A stretch of DNA of 64,000 nt. Source: Verrucomicrobiia bacterium (GTDB lineage: Bacteria > Verrucomicrobiota > Verrucomicrobiia > Limisphaerales > Palsa-1400). Positions 57,581-64,000 of the stretch are shown piece by piece (positions within the stretch are counted from its first letter, which is position 1; each line of letters begins with the position of its first letter). The notes below the pieces were generated by a model that saw only the letters and a program-made list of their open reading frames with translations, made no database searches and was not told where the DNA came from. The DNA lies in NCBI GenBank assembly GCA_036272955.1, contig DATAXU010000188.1:7995-71994 (forward strand), read 5' to 3'. The position numbers were made by a program, and so were the translations under genes.

Positions 57581-60500
57581 AAACACCTTCCCGCTTTTCT
57601 GTCCCAGCGTGGATTCCACTTTCAGCAGGCTCGCATAATCCGGCGGCGGAATGATCGCGGGCGCCGTTTTGAATTCGTGTGTGATCGCATATTTCCCCTC
57701 GCTGTCCGTGGACGTGATTTCCGCCTCGCCGCTGCGGTCCGGCCCGTCGAGCGTTTCGCTGCCGGGCGCCATCACCACGTGCCGGAATCCCGCCGGCAAT
57801 TCAATTTCCGTCCGCACCGTGTAGTCGCTCGGATATGAAATAAAATACGGCAACGCCCTCCGGTCCGCCCCCGCCGGAAACAGCGACGGACTGAACGGTA
57901 GGTCGAAGTAACAATAATTCCCGTCCAGCACGCTGTAATTATCCACGTCCGCCGTGAATTGCTCCACGCCCGGATACGTGTCGAAGTGCGTCGTCAGGTC
58001 TCCGACGGCCCGCGCGCCCTGGGCAAGTCCCGAGACAGCTTCCTGGAAGTAGCGCCGCCTTTCCTCCGGCGGCAATTCCGAGAAGTAGCGGTTTTTTTCA
58101 TCGTAATCTTCGCCGTAATACCGGCGCGTCACGCTCACTCGCGTCCGCCCCGTGTTATCCGGCGCCAGCGCGTAATCCGTCTCCGTTTTATTTTCGCAAT
58201 CGGGCGCCGCGCGCAGAATTTCCGGCGTCTGGCTCGCCAGCGTCACGCCCATCCGCCCATCGAATCCCGTCGCCCCCAATTTCGCGTATTGGTCGGTGTC
58301 ATTGAGGTAATAGGTCGTTCCATCGACATTCACCCGCACCAGCGGATAGTCAAACGTCCCCGGCATCGGAAACGTTCGCGCCACGTTGCTGATCCCGTCA
58401 ATCGGCGGCAAATCGGATCCAAGCACAAATTCCGGGCTAAATCCCGCCGCCGAAAGCATCGCGTGCAAAAGGATCGCGCGATCGGCCGAATGTCCGTAAC
58501 CATCCGCCAGCGTCGTGTCCGCCGCGGAAAGCTCATTCAATGGCAACTCCGTAAATGACGGCCCCGCCAGCCGGATCGATTTGACGACGAAATCCCGCAC
58601 CGCCGTCAACGTCCCCAGTTTCCCGTGCGCTTGACTCGCCAATTCCTCCGCCTTCGCCGCCGCCTTCGTCGATTGTTTGGCGCGATCTGCCATCGTCTCA
58701 TCAAGCGCCGCGAGGTACGACGGCATATCGCCGATAAAGTAGCTGACGCCCGAGTCATAGACCCATTCCGGCGGCAATTGCGGTTCCTCCGGCAGGGCAG
58801 GGACATGCGCCGCCGTCCAGACGTACTTCTGTTTGCCGCCTTCCGTCGAATGCTCCTCCGCAATCCGCCCCGCCGCGCCGCTGACCCGCGTATGAATTTC
58901 AAGCCCCGCGGGCGCCGTCAGTGTAAAAGTTTTGGTGTCCAGGTCATCCGGCAATTGGAACGATTCGAATCCGGAAATAAACGGTTTGTTTGTTGACGTA
59001 ATCTCGATCCCCACGTCGATGACAGACCCAATTTCCACCCCCGGCAAACTCGCCACCATGATCTTTTCCCCCGTATAACGTTTCGCCGAAGCGTTCCATC
59101 CGGCGTCCATCACATTTAATTCCACCGGCGAAATCTCCTGCGTCTGCCCCGTCTTCGATGTCACCACGCCACGCGTCAACTTCACCATTTCGCACGCCGG
59201 ATCGTAGGCCACCTTGATCTCCGAATCGCGAATCTTCCCCGCATAAGTCAGGATGCGCTTCATAAAGTGGATCTTCATGGTGGACGTATGCGCGTCCGTC
59301 ACGTCGAGTTCCTTCTGGCTTTCCAAAATTTCCGCATTCGCCTCAACCGGCGGCAGCGCGCCGTTGTCCGGCTTGGGGTCCGCCGCCATCGCCGTATCCG
59401 AGACCGCCAGGATCGGCGCTTTGCGCTGATCGTACTCCAGCGACTTCAGCGCTTTCTTGAGCGTCGCATATTGCGCGGGCGCAAACTCCACCACCTTCAG
59501 CGTCAACGCCCGCGAGGCCGTCAATTCCCCGTTGCGCGCCGTCACCTGTTCCTGGAAGCTCATGCTCGGATCGTCAATCGGCGAGTAGGAAGGCAGCGAA
59601 ATCGCGTCGCCGAATCCATCGGCCAGCTTCAACGAAATCCCTTCCGCAAGCCCGCACGCAACGTAGGTTTGCATCGGATATTTCCGCCGGTCCAATCCAG
59701 CCCCATTCAAAATGAAATTCACGATCCCAAAATTCTTCCCAATCCACGGCAGGCTCACAATCGCCTTGCCGTGTCCCGTTGCCGTCATGCCGTCCACCGA
59801 ATATTCCATTTCCGCGTGAAGCGCCGACGACATATCCAGCATGTCCGCCGGCATGATCTTGAGCGACCGCAGCCGCGCGCCCGGCATCGAGCGTTTGAGA
59901 TTGCGCTCAAAAAAACGCCGCTGATCGTCCGGCTTCATATGCGCGAACGCATTTCGATACTCGTCATCATTCACCCCGTCGAAATACAACTCCGACTTCG
60001 CTTCCAGCGTCCCCGCCGCGGTCATCACGCCCGTCGTTTTAATGCGCATCAAATGCTCATCCGCTGGCTGCACCGAGCTGATTTTCAGCGCCTCGCCCTC
60101 CGGCCGGCAGACCAAAAAGCTTTGGTCACAATCCCCGGTCGGCAGCAGCGCGCGCGTATTCTCATCCGTCGGGTCCATCAAAATATAGTCGCCCGTCTTA
60201 AGTTGAACGCTCACGATGGCGTGGTTGAAATCCGGGTCCGGCACCTCCGCGTCGCGCTTGACCCCCACGCTGATCAGCACCGGGTACGATTTCAATCCCG
60301 CCTCCCGCAACATCGAAACCAGCAACGCCGCCTTGTCGCGGCAAACGCCGTATTTTTTCCCGAACGTAAGTTCCACATCGTGCGGTTCAAATCCAGGCCG
60401 GTCCTTCTCCGGCGTCACGCCCATGTAGCGCACTTTTTTTGAGACGAAATAAAAAACCGATTTGATCCTCTCCATCTCGCTGCTCTGGCCCGCCGTAAGC

Positions 60501-61405
60501 GAGTCCACCGTCTCCTTCATTTCCGGCGTGGTCGCGTCGAGATGCGGCTTGCTCAAATTCCAATACCATTTCGAAACCGTCTGCCAATCCGGCATCGTGC
60601 TCACAAAAAGCCGTTGCAAAACCATTTCATAAGGCGGCATCGCCGGCTCGTCATACATGCGCGGCACTTTGTTAATCTCCCAATGATGCACCACGCCGCC
60701 ATCCGCCCCGGTCGATTTCGTATATGTGACCGTCCCCGGCACTTCGTCCCTCAAAGCGATCCGCAACAGCGGACGGTCCGCCGGCGCGTGAACTTCATAA
60801 GACTCATGCAAAATAAAACTCGGCTCCTCCAGCACCGTTTCCTCCGAGTATTGACCCGGGACGAAAGAGCGTTCGATCGTCTGCCGCGTTACCGAATGGA
60901 TCAAATCCCCGACCTCCAGCCCCGGGATATTGAGTTGGAATATTTTCTCATTCGGATCGTAAATATTCGCCGACATCTGGCTGTCATCGATCGTCTCCTT
61001 GGAATTCGCCGCCACGTCCACCGTCACGACGCGCCCGTCCGCCTTGATCAATTCCAGCGACGGCGCCGACACGGTGGAGTAGGGGAGCATGAAGCTCAGC
61101 GTCAGCGTGCGATTATTCCGCCGCCCCTTTTCCGTGAGCACCTTCGTATAAGTTTCGTCCTGGCATTCTGCGGTGCCATCGGAGCGATAGACCCGCATCA
61201 TCTTTTTCTCCACCGTCACATCGTCGCAATTCGGATAACTGGCCGCCGTGATCTCCGCCGCCGCCGCCCGCGCCTTGCTCGCGTCAACAAGAGAAAAAAC
61301 CGCCCCGGAATAATCATTAGTCTGCGCGAATGCCGAACAGCCGAGAACCAGCGCTGCAGCCCATGTCAGACTGACCAATCGAAGTTTGGAGATAGAGAGA
61401 CTCAT
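57563..61405 (-). CDS. Large secreted transglutaminase-like (DUF3857/DUF3858-type) protein
   Basis: Signal peptide. Transglutaminase cysteine-protease core context GVCRDKAALLVSMLREAGL .. NHAIV .. LMDPTD. The architecture is duplicated over 1280 aa. Confidence 0.7.
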   Translation of the reverse strand: MSLSISKLRLVSLTWAAALVLGCSAFAQTNDYSGAVFSLVDASKARAAAAEITAASYPNCDDVTVEKKMMRVYRSDGTAECQDETYTKVLTEKGRRNNRTLTLSFMLPYSTVSAPSLELIKADGRVVTVDVAANSKETIDDSQMSANIYDPNEKIFQLNIPGLEVGDLIHSVTRQTIERSFVPGQYSEETVLEEPSFILHESYEVHAPADRPLLRIALRDEVPGTVTYTKSTGADGGVVHHWEINKVPRMYDEPAMPPYEMVLQRLFVSTMPDWQTVSKWYWNLSKPHLDATTPEMKETVDSLTAGQSSEMERIKSVFYFVSKKVRYMGVTPEKDRPGFEPHDVELTFGKKYGVCRDKAALLVSMLREAGLKSYPVLISVGVKRDAEVPDPDFNHAIVSVQLKTGDYILMDPTDENTRALLPTGDCDQSFLVCRPEGEALKISSVQPADEHLMRIKTTGVMTAAGTLEAKSELYFDGVNDDEYRNAFAHMKPDDQRRFFERNLKRSMPGARLRSLKIMPADMLDMSSALHAEMEYSVDGMTATGHGKAIVSLPWIGKNFGIVNFILNGAGLDRRKYPMQTYVACGLAEGISLKLADGFGDAISLPSYSPIDDPSMSFQEQVTARNGELTASRALTLKVVEFAPAQYATLKKALKSLEYDQRKAPILAVSDTAMAADPKPDNGALPPVEANAEILESQKELDVTDAHTSTMKIHFMKRILTYAGKIRDSEIKVAYDPACEMVKLTRGVVTSKTGQTQEISPVELNVMDAGWNASAKRYTGEKIMVASLPGVEIGSVIDVGIEITSTNKPFISGFESFQLPDDLDTKTFTLTAPAGLEIHTRVSGAAGRIAEEHSTEGGKQKYVWTAAHVPALPEEPQLPPEWVYDSGVSYFIGDMPSYLAALDETMADRAKQSTKAAAKAEELASQAHGKLGTLTAVRDFVVKSIRLAGPSFTELPLNELSAADTTLADGYGHSADRAILLHAMLSAAGFSPEFVLGSDLPPIDGISNVARTFPMPGTFDYPLVRVNVDGTTYYLNDTDQYAKLGATGFDGRMGVTLASQTPEILRAAPDCENKTETDYALAPDNTGRTRVSVTRRYYGEDYDEKNRYFSELPPEERRRYFQEAVSGLAQGARAVGDLTTHFDTYPGVEQFTADVDNYSVLDGNYCYFDLPFSPSLFPAGADRRALPYFISYPSDYTVRTEIELPAGFRHVVMAPGSETLDGPDRSGEAEITSTDSEGKYAITHEFKTAPAIIPPPDYASLLKVESTLGQKSGKVFLLQKD

Positions 61406-61466
61406 ATAGTAAGAATCAAAACCCAGTTTACGCCATTTGCCGGTGGTCGCCAGCCAAATCCTTTAT

Positions 61467-62201
61467 TCACGTCCCCAACGCCAAATCGCAAAACCAGAAT
61501 CCCTTGGTTCGTCGCCCGGACGGCAGCGGACACGGAACCGCCGCCGCACCCGGGTGCGTTTCTTCAATCGGCCGATAGACCTTTTCCCCAATTTCGATTC
61601 GCAACGGCCTTTGGAAAATCGGCCCCGCAAAAGCAAACGAATGATACTCCCCATTTTCCCCGCACGGATCCACGTCCGCCGGCAACCAACCGAGAAAATC
61701 CGAATCAATGTTCCGTCCCAACGCCGATTCATCCAGGTAAGCATCATTGACGCAACAAATCACCGACCCAAAACCGAGCGTGACAAATTCCCGGATCAAT
61801 TCCCGCGAATCCGCCTTCCAAATTGGAAAAACTCCGAGCAAACCCAATTGCGCAAGATTCTCCTCGCGCCAACGCTTGAGGTCCTCCAAAAAAATATCCC
61901 CAAAAGCGCAACGCGTAACGCCCTGCGCCTTATAAGCCAGCAAATGCCCCCTCATCTTTTCCGAATACTCCTCATTTGAACTGCGCTGGCTGACGAACAT
62001 CGTTTGCAGCGGAATCCCAATGGCCCGCGCTTGTTGCTCCAGCAGCTCGACCCGCACCCCATGCATGGAAACCCGCTGATAATGTTCATTGCAGGTCGTC
62101 AGCAGCGAAACCACCTCATACCGCCCCTCCACGAGCAGCCGATGCAACGCCAGCGCGGAATCCTTCCCGCCACTCCAACAAAAAACAATTTTCTCCTTCA
62201 T
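61467..62201 (-). CDS. PP-loop ATP pyrophosphatase, DUF71 / Dph6-related family
   Basis: N-terminal FCWSGGKDSALAL (SGGKDS PP-loop). Size and layout match MJ0570-like proteins. Confidence 0.7.
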   Translation of the reverse strand: MKEKIVFCWSGGKDSALALHRLLVEGRYEVVSLLTTCNEHYQRVSMHGVRVELLEQQARAIGIPLQTMFVSQRSSNEEYSEKMRGHLLAYKAQGVTRCAFGDIFLEDLKRWREENLAQLGLLGVFPIWKADSRELIREFVTLGFGSVICCVNDAYLDESALGRNIDSDFLGWLPADVDPCGENGEYHSFAFAGPIFQRPLRIEIGEKVYRPIEETHPGAAAVPCPLPSGRRTKGFWFCDLALGT

Positions 62202-62273
62202 GAAATCATTCGGACGCCGCCATCATCCTTGAATGATGCTCGACGCGTCAACCGCGTTGACGTAAACAACGTG

Positions 62274-63194
62274 ATGCCTTTCAGCTACGTTGAGCTTGAG
62301 CGGTTTTATGAGAAGCTAGTCGCCCGTGCCCAAGCCCGAGGAATCGCTTGCGCCATTACCAGCGGGATGGCGTGTGTGGCATTTGGCATTTCCGCGGCGA
62401 CGAAAGACTGCGACTTACTTTGCGCGCCAGACTCAACCAGTGCCCTCTTGCATCTGCTAGGCGAAGCGACTTTGGGCGGCCATTTGCCCAGTTACCGGGG
62501 CAATCTTACTGCGCCACTGGATGCGCGCTGGTTGCGCGGGGGATGGACGAGTCATTTCGTGTGGCCGCCTGCCGATTCCGGCGCATATCTTGATATCTTT
62601 GGTGTTGCCCCCAGGAGCAGTTCCCCGTGGGAGACGGAATTTCATGGCTTCTACGCAAGTCCGCATACCGTTGCGGAAATGAAGCGCACAAACCGCGATA
62701 AGGACTGGCCATTTGTAACCGCGCTTGGCGCGCGAATGATCGAGATGGGGGATGAGCGTGGTTGGCTGCATATTTATGATGAGAAGCTGTTACGCGAGTT
62801 CCCGGGTGCAAAACCGTCCAGTCATTTGCTCGAAAGGCGTCCTGTTCTGGCTCTAACAGTCGATTCTGATCCCAACCTTCGTCCTGCCCTGCGCGCAGAG
62901 ATTGAATACTGGCACGAACTGGATAGGGTTCGTGTGAGCATTTTCGAAAAAGCCGTCCGGCGATACATGGTCGAATTACGCAAATCCCGCCTTCCGCCAG
63001 GCTCCGGATTATTGGCCCAACACGAACTCCGCGTCCGATGCGCCGAAAAACATCTTCCGATGAATCCATTGCGCGATTACGGTTTGACTCGCATGATTTC
63101 CGAAGCGCGAGAGTCGCTCACGCAAATCATTAATCCCGCTGCTATGGCGTGGTTGCCAAACGTCCGCGAATACTTTAAATTTTTGGACGCGTGA
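62274..63194 (+). CDS. Hypothetical protein, possible minimal nucleotidyltransferase fold
   Basis: ATG at 62274 (the track ORF from 62004 overlaps the DUF71 gene antisense). ITSGMACVAFGISAATKDCDLL resembles the G[GS]-x(9-13)-DxD NTase motif. The assignment is weak. Confidence 0.45.
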   Translation: MPFSYVELERFYEKLVARAQARGIACAITSGMACVAFGISAATKDCDLLCAPDSTSALLHLLGEATLGGHLPSYRGNLTAPLDARWLRGGWTSHFVWPPADSGAYLDIFGVAPRSSSPWETEFHGFYASPHTVAEMKRTNRDKDWPFVTALGARMIEMGDERGWLHIYDEKLLREFPGAKPSSHLLERRPVLALTVDSDPNLRPALRAEIEYWHELDRVRVSIFEKAVRRYMVELRKSRLPPGSGLLAQHELRVRCAEKHLPMNPLRDYGLTRMISEARESLTQIINPAAMAWLPNVREYFKFLDA

Positions 63195-63412
63195 ACAAAA
63201 CTGGACAATCCCGAAAGAAATCCAGCCTGGCCGCGCGGCGCAGGTTTCGGAAGGCTGCTTATGATTTTCACGTCCGCGCCTTTGGAGAAGAGATGGCTCG
63301 CGTGAATCACCTCCCGCTCGCCGCCCGCCGTCGCTACGTCGCACAAATGGTTGACCACGCCACTCGAAAAGGCGTGAAGTTCAATAAGCTAGCTCTCGGA
63401 GTCGCCCCGTAG
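63191..63412 (+). CDS. Small basic hypothetical protein, start overlapping the upstream stop (GTGA)
   Basis: 73-aa Arg/Lys-rich ORF with a coupled start. No family recognised, so it may not be coding. Confidence 0.25.
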   Translation: MNKTGQSRKKSSLAARRRFRKAAYDFHVRAFGEEMARVNHLPLAARRRYVAQMVDHATRKGVKFNKLALGVAP

Positions 63413-64000
63413 GTGCTTGAATCACCCAGACGACCCCACCGTTCCTTTGAAAATGGTTCTCATATAAAATGGGAACCGTGCGTTTGGAATAATGGTTTCG
63501 TTGGCCATCAAAAATCAAAGCCCCAACCCAGGCTGCCCCAGGCTGGAGCCGGAGCTTGTTCATCCTACATACGCATCCGATAAACGTGGCCTTGGGCGAC
63601 GCGATTTAAATTTCCTAAATAAGCACAAGCGCACTTCTTGGAATTCGACAACGAGATTGAAGCAGCCAACGGCTGCCGGTCGCATTTAACAAAAATGCAT
63701 ATAATGCTATTTATTATGCTGATAATACGAAATATAAATATCTAAATGAGCGAAATACTGACAAAAGAAGCGTTGAATAGGGTCTTCAGGCTGCTCTCGG
63801 GAAGGCTCGAATTGGGGCATTTTATTTTATCGGCCGTTTGGATCAAATCTACTTCAAGCTCTACGCCGTGGCTGATAAACGCGACGACACGCACATTGCT
63901 GACCTGCGCGCGTTAAAACCAACTGAGGCCGAGTTGGCGGATGCCGCGCGGTGGGCGATGACTCACGATGTTTCGCAAGCCTTTAGGATGGCGCTTATCG

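Noticed and set aside
62004-62273. 5' extension of ORF 62004..63194
   Set aside because: It runs antisense through the well-supported DUF71 PP-loop gene and is Pro/Gln/Arg-rich. The internal ATG at 62274 lies just past the DUF71 start.
1-64000. CRISPR arrays, rRNA or tRNA genes, DDE insertion sequences, integrases, reverse transcriptases (DGR/retron)
   Set aside because: I saw no regularly spaced direct repeats, no rRNA or tRNA consensus blocks, and no ORF with DDE, tyrosine/serine recombinase or RT (YxDD) motifs on either strand. Visual scanning can miss small or degenerate elements.

Overview
High-GC (about 60%) chromosomal segment with PVC-superphylum hallmarks, most consistent with Verrucomicrobiota. 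These include ECF sigma / Ser-Thr kinase pairs, a prepilin-type H-X9-DG protein, and giant repeat-rich secreted proteins. I can support about 40 genes:

- **Housekeeping:** priA (partial), rluE, infA, an RRM RNA-binding protein.
- **Sigma/kinase modules:** two ECF-sigma/STK modules plus an orphan receiver-domain protein.
- **Envelope:** a MlaA-hydrolase fusion with a coupled lipoprotein.
- **Glycan use:** secreted glycoside hydrolases (GH125, GH51-like, GH30-like, GH127) and an L-arabinose locus (ROK regulator, araA, araB, araD, mutarotase, Na+/solute symporter).
- **Efflux:** a CzcCBA/Cus-type heavy-metal operon preceded by a small Cys-rich secreted ORF.
- **Surface operon:** a 1790-aa beta-propeller/Calx-beta protein plus a 1159-aa FecR-TPR-beta-barrel protein.
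- **Other:** a 1280-aa transglutaminase-like protein.

The main finding is that the second kinase gene is cleanly bisected within kinase subdomain IX. Joining DIY to SLGVLLYELL restores the frame. The interrupting 5,721 bp (21069..26789) is AT-richer, lies on the opposite strand, and shows no target-site duplication. It encodes no integrase or DDE transposase. It carries a phiX174-gpA / microvirus-VP4-like HUH rolling-circle Rep (FLTFTL, HYHVIF, YLLKYVTK), an overlapping 109-aa ORF followed by a strong GC hairpin, and an iteron-bearing non-coding arm. It also carries two secretome cargo genes, a pseudopilin-like protein and a 900-aa PQQ-like beta-propeller protein. I read it as a possibly undescribed Rep-driven integrative element, not a complete microvirus or inovirus prophage.

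Secondary observations:

- a recurrent ~65-aa module ending in an aromatic-aromatic-Arg motif in five secreted proteins;
- a trypsin-like domain in the giant protein with the catalytic Ser replaced by Asp;
- nucleotidyltransferase-fold genes at an AT-rich window edge.

No rRNA, tRNA or CRISPR array was seen.
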